Positions 22,977 to 31,549 of a DNA stretch of 32,000 nucleotides are shown here, one piece after another. Every line of letters starts with the position of its first letter. Within the stretch, counting starts at the first letter, position 1. The notes below the pieces were generated by a model, which ran no database searches, was not told the origin of the DNA, and saw nothing but the letters and a program-made list of their open reading frames with translations. Source of the stretch: Pirellula staleyi DSM 6068 (GTDB taxonomy: Bacteria > Planctomycetota > Planctomycetia > Pirellulales > Pirellulaceae). A program made the translations under genes and the position numbers. The DNA lies in contig CP001848.1 in assembly GCA_000025185.1 (NCBI GenBank), positions 6,000,001 through 6,032,000 of the forward strand, read 5' to 3'.

Positions 22977-24260
22977 ATGCTGCGCCGCGATTTCATTGCT
23001 CAATCCACGTTATCAGCCCTCGCTCTCTCGCTGAGCGCCACCTCCTCACTGCGGGGAGATGAGACTAAGAAACCGCTTCACATCGTGCTGCGTAGTTCGT
23101 GGCAAGTGGTGAATATCGGCGACATTGCTCACACGCCGGGGGTACTTGCGCTGCTCGAAAAACACATTCCCGAGGCCCAGGTAACGCTGTGGGCCTCGCG
23201 CGATTTGACGGACGAAGTGGCGGCGATGGAGCACAAGCGGTTCCCCAAGCTGAAGATCGTGAAGGGCTCGATCAGTGCCGATGGGAAAGCGAGTTCGGCG
23301 GAACTTCAAGAGGTGCTCGACTCCGCCGATTTCCTGCTACATGGGAGTGGTCCTTCACTGGTCGCCGAGAAGGATGTCGCTGCGTTTGACAAGCACTGGA
23401 AGAAGCCGTTTGGCATCTACGGCATCACCTACAGCGGAGGGAACGCGGAAACACGTGCGCTCATCTCGCGGGCTCGGTTTGCCTACTTTCGCGACTCGGT
23501 TTCCCTGGCACTGGCCAAACAAGAAGGGATCAGTTCGCCGATCATGGAGTTTGGTCCCGACGGCGCTTTTGCGGTCGATCTCGCGAATGAAGAGGCTGCC
23601 GCTAAGTTTGTGAAAGAGAGCGGACTCGAGCCACGGAAGTTTCTCTGCTGCATTCCGCGAAACCGATTTACCCCTTATTGGCGGATTCATGGCCGCGAGA
23701 TGACCGACGTGCAAAAAGAGCGGCTGGTGCGCAACAACGAGATGGCGGAACACGATCACGCCATTTTGCGCGAGGCGATCACTCGGCTGGTGAAAGAAGC
23801 AGACCAGCGTGTGCTACTTTGTCCCGAAGACATGAGTCAGATGCTGATCGGCAAAGAACATGTTTACGACAAATTGCCCGACGATGTGAAGCCGCGTGTA
23901 GTGTGGCGCGAGAAGTTCTGGCTCACCGATGAAGCGCTGAGTGTCTATCGACTCTCGGCGGGGCTTTTTGGACTCGAAATGCATTCCCCCATCATGTGCA
24001 TCGGCAACGGAATTCCAGCGATCGTCGGCCGATTCTCCGAGCAGACAAGTAAGGGATTCATGTGGAAGGATATTGGCCTGGCCGAGTGGCTGTTCGATTT
24101 CGATAACGCCGACGATGTGTCGCGGTATGCAGCCACGGTGCTCGAGATGGCCACGAAGCCCGAAGCTGCTGCAGAGCGTGTGAAGAAGGCGCAGCAGGTG
24201 GTAACTGGTCGCCAAGAGGCAACGATGCAACAGCTTCGCAAAGAGGTGGGACTTGCGTAG
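22977..24260 (+). CDS. Polysaccharide pyruvyl transferase family protein with a Tat-like signal
   Basis: 427 aa. The N-terminus is MLRRDFIAQSTLSALALSLSA. The family pattern is VVNIGDIAHTPGVLALL, DFLLHGSGPSL, AYFRDSVSLALAKQEGI...FGPDGAF and HSPIMCIGNGIPAI. Confidence 0.55.
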   Translation: MLRRDFIAQSTLSALALSLSATSSLRGDETKKPLHIVLRSSWQVVNIGDIAHTPGVLALLEKHIPEAQVTLWASRDLTDEVAAMEHKRFPKLKIVKGSISADGKASSAELQEVLDSADFLLHGSGPSLVAEKDVAAFDKHWKKPFGIYGITYSGGNAETRALISRARFAYFRDSVSLALAKQEGISSPIMEFGPDGAFAVDLANEEAAAKFVKESGLEPRKFLCCIPRNRFTPYWRIHGREMTDVQKERLVRNNEMAEHDHAILREAITRLVKEADQRVLLCPEDMSQMLIGKEHVYDKLPDDVKPRVVWREKFWLTDEALSVYRLSAGLFGLEMHSPIMCIGNGIPAIVGRFSEQTSKGFMWKDIGLAEWLFDFDNADDVSRYAATVLEMATKPEAAAERVKKAQQVVTGRQEATMQQLRKEVGLA

Positions 24261-24294
24261 TTCTTAGCTTTGTCGTCGGCATGCCGAGAGAGCG

Positions 24295-24708
24295 TTAGTC
24301 ATCCAGCGACTGGATGAGGCTCGCTACTTTGCTGCGAATCAAGTCGCGCACTTCGTTAAACTCAGCCGGCTGCAAATGTTTGGGATCGGGAATTTGCCAA
24401 TCCTCGCGGCGCTTCGCGGGGATATGCGGGCACGAATCGCCACACCCCATCGTAACGACGGCGTCGTACGGTCCTGGTGGAAGATCGCTCAGCGGTTTGG
24501 AGAGATGTTTCGAAAGGTCGTAGTTCAGCTCGCGCATGGCAGCGATTGCTTTGGGGTTCACCTTCCCTGAGGGCTTCGAGCCGCTGCTATACGCCTCCAC
24601 ACCCTCTCCGCCGAGCATGCGCGCAAAGGCCTCGGCCATCTGGCTCCGATTGCTGTTCTCGATGCAGACAAACAGTAGTTTTTTCGGCGTTTTGGAAGAC
24701 GTTTCCAT
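24295..24708 (-). CDS. arsC: Arsenate reductase, low-molecular-weight phosphatase (thioredoxin-coupled ArsC) family
   Basis: It has the P-loop LLFVCIENSNRSQMAEA (CX5R-S) and a downstream TMGCGDSCP. I prefer the ATG at 24708 (137 aa, typical size). The ORF is also open to an ATG at 24813 and to 25011, where it overlaps the aquaporin. Confidence 0.8.
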   Translation of the reverse strand: METSSKTPKKLLFVCIENSNRSQMAEAFARMLGGEGVEAYSSGSKPSGKVNPKAIAAMRELNYDLSKHLSKPLSDLPPGPYDAVVTMGCGDSCPHIPAKRREDWQIPDPKHLQPAEFNEVRDLIRSKVASLIQSLDD

Positions 24709-24881
24709 CGTGGATGTAGTGCGATTCGCAAGTCCGTTTTGGATTTGAAACAGTCCGAGCGCGATCATCACCATCACGCTCACAACGGCTAATCGTAACA
24801 AAGATTGCTGCATTGTTTTTACCAACTTGCTAGGGCTCGGCGTATTAATTTTTCGTGTAGCGGGATCGTCTGCTTCCGAGG

Positions 24882-25601
24882 TTACGAACGTTTCTTCGTA
24901 GGCTTGCTGCCGACTTCCGCGAGATTTTCGGGAGTTGGAGCGGCTCCCATGAAATTGAAGACGAAAACGGCGACAATCGCGCCGAGCGTGGGAGCGGTGA
25001 GATAGACCCACAGACTATCGAGTCGGCCACTCACCACGGCAGGGCCGAATGAACGGATCGGGTTCATCGATGCACCGCAAATGGGTCCGGCAAACATCGC
25101 TTCGAGCGCCACCACGGCTCCAATGGCGGCACCGGCCATGATCCCTTTTTCTTTTGCTCCAGTCGAAACACAAAGGACGACATACATTAGCAAAAACGTG
25201 AGGATGAACTCGAGTACGAACGACTGTAGGTCGCTTCCTTCTGCAAACGGAAATGTTCCGCCTAGTCCCGCTTCGATCACTTCGGGATGGCTGCGAAAGA
25301 GCAGCCGCAAGGTGAGGCTGGCCAGCACCGCGCCGACAGCCTGCGAGGCGATGTAGGGAACCAGTTTTGATAGCGGAAATCGCCCTGCGACGGTCATTGC
25401 GATCGTGACAGCCGGATTGATATGACAACCGGAGATGTCGCCAAAGGCGTAGATCATCGCCATGACGATGAGACCGAACGTCAGCGCGATCCCGACATGG
25501 GTGATCGCCCCACCAGAGATCGTGTTGATGACGATCGCCCCCGTTCCGGAGAACACCAGGGCATAGGTGCCGATCGCTTCGGCAAGACAAAGTTGCTTCA
25601 T
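24882..25601 (-). CDS. MIP-family channel (aquaporin/aquaglyceroporin, NIP/AqpN-like; probable arsenite channel)
   Basis: 239 aa with 6 TM helices. The first motif is HINPAVT (NPA). The second is SMNPIRSFGP (NPI instead of NPA). The gene lies immediately upstream of arsC on the same strand. Confidence 0.85.
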   Translation of the reverse strand: MKQLCLAEAIGTYALVFSGTGAIVINTISGGAITHVGIALTFGLIVMAMIYAFGDISGCHINPAVTIAMTVAGRFPLSKLVPYIASQAVGAVLASLTLRLLFRSHPEVIEAGLGGTFPFAEGSDLQSFVLEFILTFLLMYVVLCVSTGAKEKGIMAGAAIGAVVALEAMFAGPICGASMNPIRSFGPAVVSGRLDSLWVYLTAPTLGAIVAVFVFNFMGAAPTPENLAEVGSKPTKKRS

Positions 25602-25868
25602 GGAAGGGTGCTGGACGAGTAAGAGTTACGAGCTGGAGAGGTGGGAACCTGTGGCGAGAGCATCTTGGCGGGGAGCGAATCGGTTGTCGAGCCGAAGCAA
25701 CAATCTAATGATTGTACGAGTGTCATGCAATTCGACATTCGGGGTTGCGTTGTACATTGAACCACCTTGCGCCAGAGCGTAGGTTGACGCTAGATCAGCG
25801 TCGACAGTTCAGAGTCGACGTTCTCGTGCTGCCTCTCTCGATGTGTTGTTTGGAATGGAAAGCTCCCC

Positions 25869-27503
25869 ATGATCGTCCGCATTGCTATCTGTTTGCTGCT
25901 GGTGGTTGCTTGTGGCGCGAGCTTCGCGCCGAAGACATCGGCTGCCGATCTGCCTGATTCGATCGAGCTTCAAGCCGACCTTGTGTATGCCCAGCGTGGC
26001 GATCGGGCGCTGCATCTCGACTTGTTTCGCCCCGCGAAACTTGCAGCGGAAGTGAAGTTGCCTGCTGTCGTGCTGGTGCATGGTGGCGGCTGGATTAACG
26101 GGGACCGGACAAAGTTTCATCGCTATGCGCAAACGCTTGCTCAGCGTGGCTTTGCCGTCGCCGCCATCGAGTATCGTTTGGCGGGGGAAGCGAAGTTTCC
26201 CGCAGCAGTGCAGGACACCGTGGAGTCGATTGTCTGGCTCCGCAAAAATGCCGACAAATTTCAGATCGATCCCGCCAAAATTGCTGCCGTGGGTGGATCG
26301 GCTGGCGGGCATCTCGTAGCACTTGCTGCAGCGGGTGGTGCGCACGAGAAGTTTGCCCCCGCCGGTTTGTCGGCCGACGATCGCGCGCGGCTCACGCAAC
26401 TGGCGGCGTGTGTGGTGATGGCAGGTCCACTCGATCTAGCGCGCGGAACCGTAGCCGATAAATCGCGTAAATCGGATCCTCCGTCGAACGCCACTATCTG
26501 GACCGGCAAAACGATTCTTGAAGCGCCTGAACTTTATGAACTCGGTTCACCGCGCGCTCACTTCACCAAGGAAACTCCGCCAATTCTGGTGCAAGTGGGT
26601 GAGCTCGATCATCCCGAAAACTACCTCGTGCCACTTGCCACTTTGCGTGAAGCGGGTGGGACTGGCACGCAAATGGTTTATGCCGAAGGGAAGCATGGCT
26701 GCTGGAACAATCCACGCTGGATGAAGCCGATGATCGACGATGTTTGCAAGTTTCTGGCTACCTCGATGAAGCTCGAAGAGCAAGCGAACTCGCGAGATTT
26801 TGTAGAAGCCGCTCCGATCAAAATCGAGCACTTTAGCGATCGTGTGGAACTGGTGCTTGGCGATGCGAGCCAGTTCGCGGGAAAATCGATCGATGTTCCG
26901 ATGCTGGGAGTTCCAGTCGGTCGTATCTATGCGAAAGGACAAGATCCAGAAGCGAAAAGCGACTGGAAACTACAACCTGAGATCGATCGCTGGATCATCA
27001 CACCTCCCGCAGGCGCGCTCCCCGCGACTGGTGAAGCACGCATCGTGATCGAAACAATCGATCGCACGCTGGTGGGTGATGTGCCCTCCGTTGCCATGCC
27101 TGATGCCGAGCGCATTGTCAATCTTCCAGCACATCGGGCCACAGTGGTGGGCAAAAAACTTCGTTACGAACCTCAGCCCCACAAGAACACGGTGGGTTAC
27201 TGGACCGAGGTGGACGATCGTGCCAGCTGGAAACTCTTCCTCCCCGCTGGAACCTACGATGTCGAGGTGCACCAAGGTTGCGGAAAGGGCCATGGAGGAA
27301 GCGAAGTCGATATCGCAGTCGGCGATCAGATTGTTTCGATGGTGGTAGAAGATACCGGTCACTTTCAAAACTTTAAGCCGCGCGTGATCGGGCGCGTGAC
27401 GATCGAAAAACCAATCACGACGTCGCTCGAAATTCGTCCGAAGAAAAAAGCAGCCGCCGCCGTGATGGACGTGCGATTGATCCGCTTGATCCCCGCAACC
27501 TAG
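25869..27503 (+). CDS. Secreted alpha/beta hydrolase (esterase/lipase, HGGG type) with a C-terminal module of about 250 aa and unknown function
   Basis: 544 aa. It has the signal peptide MIVRIAICLLLVVACGASFAPKTSAADL, the oxyanion motif VLVHGGGW and the nucleophile elbow GGSAGGH. The C-terminal half (from about 26736) has a conserved-looking HQGCGKGHGGSEV...GHFQNFKP...AAAAVMDVRLIRLIP. Confidence 0.8.
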   Translation: MIVRIAICLLLVVACGASFAPKTSAADLPDSIELQADLVYAQRGDRALHLDLFRPAKLAAEVKLPAVVLVHGGGWINGDRTKFHRYAQTLAQRGFAVAAIEYRLAGEAKFPAAVQDTVESIVWLRKNADKFQIDPAKIAAVGGSAGGHLVALAAAGGAHEKFAPAGLSADDRARLTQLAACVVMAGPLDLARGTVADKSRKSDPPSNATIWTGKTILEAPELYELGSPRAHFTKETPPILVQVGELDHPENYLVPLATLREAGGTGTQMVYAEGKHGCWNNPRWMKPMIDDVCKFLATSMKLEEQANSRDFVEAAPIKIEHFSDRVELVLGDASQFAGKSIDVPMLGVPVGRIYAKGQDPEAKSDWKLQPEIDRWIITPPAGALPATGEARIVIETIDRTLVGDVPSVAMPDAERIVNLPAHRATVVGKKLRYEPQPHKNTVGYWTEVDDRASWKLFLPAGTYDVEVHQGCGKGHGGSEVDIAVGDQIVSMVVEDTGHFQNFKPRVIGRVTIEKPITTSLEIRPKKKAAAAVMDVRLIRLIPAT

Positions 27504-27720
27504 GGAGGAGGCAGCTAGCTGCAAAATATTGCCGAGCGATCCACTCCATCGCTCGTGAATATAAAACTGCATGCGGTTTCTGCGGGACTTGATGGACGAG
27601 GCTATTTGCCGCTATTTCCAGGGCGATAGCCGCTTTTTGACAACTCGATTAGGAGTTTAGGTGGCCGCGCGATAGATTGAGGCACTCTTCTCTCGGGGTC
27701 GTGGTGTCAGGGCCATTCGC

Positions 27721-28206
27721 ATGTCGCTTTCGCGTGCTCCGCGGTTCTCGCTGCGCGTGTCGCTACTCTCTCGAGCAAGCTGCCTCGCGATCTCGGCCTG
27801 CTGGATTCTGCTGGGAGTCTTCTGCGCTGGATGCGGTGGCGATGGCCTGATTCTGATTCCAGTTGAAGGAACGGTTTCGTTTCAGAATCAGCCCCTCACC
27901 ACAGGTAGTGTTGCGCTGGTTCCCGATCTCGCGAAGGGAAACAAGTCGCTCCATCACCCAACGGGAGTGATCGACGCGCAAGGCGCGTACAAGATCTTCA
28001 CCAGTGGCCGCGCTGGCGCGCCAGCAGGTCACTACCGCGTGATTGTTCACGCCACAGAATCGACCGACGATCCGCGACTTGCCCACCCCGGCATGCCACG
28101 GTCGCTGATTCCCACAAAGTACAGCCAAGCGAAGCTTACGCCGCTGGAACTGGAAGTGCGTGAAGAGATGTCCCCCGATTCGCTGAACCTGCGGCTCGTG
28201 CCGTGA
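27721..28206 (+). CDS. Small lipoprotein-like protein (carboxypeptidase-regulatory-like beta-sandwich), the usual partner of DUF1559 genes
   Basis: 161 aa. A hydrophobic signal ending FCAGCGG is followed by IPVEGTVSFQNQPLTTGSVALVPD. Its stop overlaps the alternative GTG start of the next gene. Confidence 0.6.
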   Translation: MSLSRAPRFSLRVSLLSRASCLAISACWILLGVFCAGCGGDGLILIPVEGTVSFQNQPLTTGSVALVPDLAKGNKSLHHPTGVIDAQGAYKIFTSGRAGAPAGHYRVIVHATESTDDPRLAHPGMPRSLIPTKYSQAKLTPLELEVREEMSPDSLNLRLVP

Positions 28207-28220
28207 ACAAGGGAGTTGCC

Positions 28221-29195
28221 ATGCCTTCCAGTCTATCGACGCGAACAAACATTCGCCGAGCGTTTACACTCGTCGAACTACTGGTTGTGATCGCGATTAT
28301 CGGGGTCCTGGTCGCGCTACTTTTGCCAGCCGTTCAAGCGGCACGTGAGTCGTCGCGCCGCACCAAATGCGCCAACAACCTCAAGCAACTCTCGCTGTCG
28401 GTACATCTGTTTCACGATTCGTTTCGCAAGATTCCACCGAATCGATACGGCGACTACGACGGCTATGCAAAATGGAATGGTCCTTACGAAGACAGCCGCT
28501 CGTGGAGTTGGATCGCGACCATCTTGCCCTATCTCGAGCAGCGAGCACTTTACGAAAAAACCGACATCCCCAATCGCACGCTCGTGGCCAGTAGCACATC
28601 GATTGAAACGGCGCTTCCGATGCTGCATTGTCCTAGCGACGGCGGCATTTCGAGCAGCGGATTTGTGGAGAACACACGCTACATGCGCGGAATCAAAGTG
28701 GGTCTCACCAACTACAAAGGTGTACAAGGTTCGAACTTTTGCTGGGGAGACTGGGCGCACGGTTCCACCGACTTCGATCAGTGCGAACCGTGGTGGAAAG
28801 GGGATGGACCTCTCTACCCCATGGACTGGCAGAAACCTCGAGGATTCGAGGCGATTCGCGATGGTATGTCCAGCACGTTTCTGGTGGGGGAAGACGTGTT
28901 TCATCCCACGCGTGCCACTTGCAGCGACCCTTGTTATGGACTCGGCTTTGCGTGGGCTCATCCGGTCGAAGCGAGCGCCGTGGGTGCAATGCCACCCAAC
29001 GCCCGACGCCCCGATGGAACTCCGTACGCAAATAACGACTGGACCGGTTACAACGGTTTCCGCAGCCGACATCCCCAAGGTGTCCAGTTCGCGCTCTGCG
29101 ATGGATCAGTCCGCTACGTTAGCGACACCATTGCGCTCGGCATCTATCGTAGTGCGTGCACGATCGCTGGTGGAGAAGCGGTCTCGCTTCCCTAA
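28221..29195 (+). CDS. DUF1559 domain protein with a prepilin-type N-terminal cleavage/methylation signal (planctomycete H-X9-DG family)
   Basis: FTLVELLVVIAIIGVLVALLLPAVQAARESSRRTKCANNLKQL is the classic N-terminus, and the C-terminal FALCDGSVRYVS motif is present. I prefer the ATG at 28221, which has AAGGGAG 6 nt upstream, over the GTG at 28203. Confidence 0.9.
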   Translation: MPSSLSTRTNIRRAFTLVELLVVIAIIGVLVALLLPAVQAARESSRRTKCANNLKQLSLSVHLFHDSFRKIPPNRYGDYDGYAKWNGPYEDSRSWSWIATILPYLEQRALYEKTDIPNRTLVASSTSIETALPMLHCPSDGGISSSGFVENTRYMRGIKVGLTNYKGVQGSNFCWGDWAHGSTDFDQCEPWWKGDGPLYPMDWQKPRGFEAIRDGMSSTFLVGEDVFHPTRATCSDPCYGLGFAWAHPVEASAVGAMPPNARRPDGTPYANNDWTGYNGFRSRHPQGVQFALCDGSVRYVSDTIALGIYRSACTIAGGEAVSLP

Positions 29196-29371
29196 CTTTT
29201 TATTCACACATCGCGCACGAGAAGAATTTCTTCCGATTCTCCTGCTCGCCGATCGCATGGATGCCCCCTATCATGCGTACGGCAATCCCGGCACGATCAG
29301 GCAGACAAGATCTCGGCCGGAGAACACTCCCATGATCGACAACATGCTCACTGGCACCAAGGAGATTCGGA

Positions 29372-31480
29372 ATGCGCGTTTGGCCCGGAAGCAACTATCC
29401 GCTCGGAGCTGTGTGGGATGGAAGTGGCGTGAATGTGGCGGTGGCAAGTCGTGTCGCTTCACGCGTTGAACTCTGCCTGTTTGATTCCGCCGATGCCAAA
29501 ACAGAGTCGGCTGCTATTCCTCTTCCCGAACATTCCGACAATGTTTGGCATGGCTATTTCCCCGATCTTCGGCCCGGTCAGTTGTATGGCATTCGGGTCC
29601 ACGGACCCTACGAACCTAAGAACGGACATCGCTGCAACCCAGCTAAAGTGCTGCTCGATCCCTATGCCCGCGCGATTGGCCGCGACCTGGTGTGGGATGA
29701 CAGTTTGTTCGGATATCCCGTAGGAAATCCCGAAGCTGATCTTGTCCGCGACGAAACCGACAGCGCCCCGTTTGCGCCGCTGGGAATGGTGGTCGACGAT
29801 GCCTTCACTTGGGGCAACGATCGTCCGCTGCGACGTCCCTGGCACGAAACGGTGATTTACGAAGCCCACGTGAAAGGTTTCACGCAAAAACTTCCGGGTG
29901 TCCCCGAGAAACAGCGCGGCACATATGCCGGTATGGCGAGCCCCGCTGCCATCGACCACTTGGTGAATCTAGGGGTGACTGCTGTCGAACTCTTGCCAGT
30001 TCACTATTTCCTCGACGACCGATTTCTCGTCGATAAGAACTTGGTGAACTACTGGGGCTACAACACGCTGGGCTATCACGCGCTGGCTCCACGCTATAGC
30101 AGCACTGGCCCCACTGGCGCAGTGCAAGAGTTCAAAACGATGGTCAAGGCGCTGCATGGTGCTGGCCTCGAAGTGATTCTCGACGTGGTTTACAACCACA
30201 CAGCCGAGGGAAATCATCTCGGTCCCACACTCAGTTTGCGCGGCATAGACAACACAGCCTACTATCGTTTGGTGGCCGAAAATCCGCAGCACTACTTCGA
30301 CTTCACGGGCTGCGGCAACAGCATGAACATGCGTCAGCCCGAAGTGCTGCAGCTGATCATGGACAGCTTGCGCTACTGGGCTGTCGAAATGCACGTCGAC
30401 GGCTTTCGATTCGATCTTGCGTCGGCTCTCGCCCGCGAATTGTTCGACGTCGATAAACTCTCTGCCTTCTTCGATATCATCCACCAAGATCCGGTGCTGA
30501 CCCAGGTGAAACTCATTGCCGAGCCTTGGGACGTTGGTCCCGGTGGTTATCAAGTCGGCAACTTTCCAGCGGGCTGGACGGAGTGGAACGGTAAGTATCG
30601 CGACAATGTGCGACGCTTCTGGAAGGGCGATGGTGGCACGGTCAACGAGTTTGCCACGCGACTCGCAGGCTCAAGCGATCTGTATGCTCACAGTGGACGT
30701 CAGCCTCACGCGAGCATCAATTTCATCACCTGCCACGATGGCTTCAACATTCGTGACCTGGTGAGTTACAACGAAAAACATAACGAGGCCAACGGCGAAG
30801 GGAATCGCGACGGCGCCAACGACAACAACAGCTGGAACTGCGGCGTCGAAGGAGAAACGGACGAACCATCGATTGTTGAACTACGACAAAAACAGATGCG
30901 CAATCTGCTTGCCACGCTGCTGTTTTCGCAAGGCGTGCCGATGCTGCTCGCCGGGGACGAAATTGGCCATACACAAGGTGGCAACAACAACTGCTACTGC
31001 CAAGATAGCGAGCTCACCTGGCTCGACTGGGAACTCGACGACTGGCAAAAACAGCTCCTCGGATTCACGCAGAAACTCGTGAAGATTCGCATGGAGCAAC
31101 CCGCCTTGCGGCGCAAGCGATTCTTCCAAGGTCGTAGCATTCGTGGCAGCGACATCAAAGATATTTACTGGCTCAATCCGGGTGGCACCCAGATGACCGA
31201 CGAAGAATGGGACGCTGGATTTGTCCGCTGCCTAGGAATGGTGCTGATGGGGAACACGGGGGACATGAACGCTCGTGGTGAACCCATCGTCGGCGACAAT
31301 TTGGTGCTGCTGCTCAACGCCCATCACGAGACGATCGAATTCAATCTGGTTCCCGAGTGGGATGCTGGTGGCTTCGATCTCTTGATCGACACCGCCCGCC
31401 CGACAGCCGAACCTCAACACCTCGAACCCGGCGCTAAGTATCCGCTTGAAGGACGTAGCGTCGCGTTGTTTAAGTGGTAA
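29372..31480 (+). CDS. glgX: Glycogen debranching enzyme GlgX (GH13 isoamylase-type)
   Basis: 702 aa. The N-terminus is MRVWPGSNYPLGAVWDGSGVNVAV. GH13 catalytic regions are VILDVVYNHT, GFRFDLA, EPWD and CHDGF. AAGGAG lies 7 nt upstream of the ATG. Confidence 0.92.
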   Translation: MRVWPGSNYPLGAVWDGSGVNVAVASRVASRVELCLFDSADAKTESAAIPLPEHSDNVWHGYFPDLRPGQLYGIRVHGPYEPKNGHRCNPAKVLLDPYARAIGRDLVWDDSLFGYPVGNPEADLVRDETDSAPFAPLGMVVDDAFTWGNDRPLRRPWHETVIYEAHVKGFTQKLPGVPEKQRGTYAGMASPAAIDHLVNLGVTAVELLPVHYFLDDRFLVDKNLVNYWGYNTLGYHALAPRYSSTGPTGAVQEFKTMVKALHGAGLEVILDVVYNHTAEGNHLGPTLSLRGIDNTAYYRLVAENPQHYFDFTGCGNSMNMRQPEVLQLIMDSLRYWAVEMHVDGFRFDLASALARELFDVDKLSAFFDIIHQDPVLTQVKLIAEPWDVGPGGYQVGNFPAGWTEWNGKYRDNVRRFWKGDGGTVNEFATRLAGSSDLYAHSGRQPHASINFITCHDGFNIRDLVSYNEKHNEANGEGNRDGANDNNSWNCGVEGETDEPSIVELRQKQMRNLLATLLFSQGVPMLLAGDEIGHTQGGNNNCYCQDSELTWLDWELDDWQKQLLGFTQKLVKIRMEQPALRRKRFFQGRSIRGSDIKDIYWLNPGGTQMTDEEWDAGFVRCLGMVLMGNTGDMNARGEPIVGDNLVLLLNAHHETIEFNLVPEWDAGGFDLLIDTARPTAEPQHLEPGAKYPLEGRSVALFKW

Positions 31481-31549
31481 TGCGACTATGAGTCGTCGAG
31501 ATGAAGCGCACTGGCTTCATCCCGGCTACGAAGCTATGCGGATACGAGA

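Noticed and set aside
24709-25011. Upstream extension of the arsC ORF, giving a 238-aa or 173-aa product
   Set aside because: The longest form overlaps the aquaporin coding region. The conserved ArsC P-loop begins about 10 residues after the ATG at 24708, which gives the normal size of about 137 aa. I kept the 24813 start only as a note in the findings.
28317-29469. Two long ORFs overlapping the DUF1559 gene: 253 aa on the minus strand, and 374 aa on the plus strand in another frame
   Set aside because: The DUF1559 frame has the diagnostic prepilin N-terminus and family motifs. The alternatives are Arg/Ser/Thr-rich with no features.
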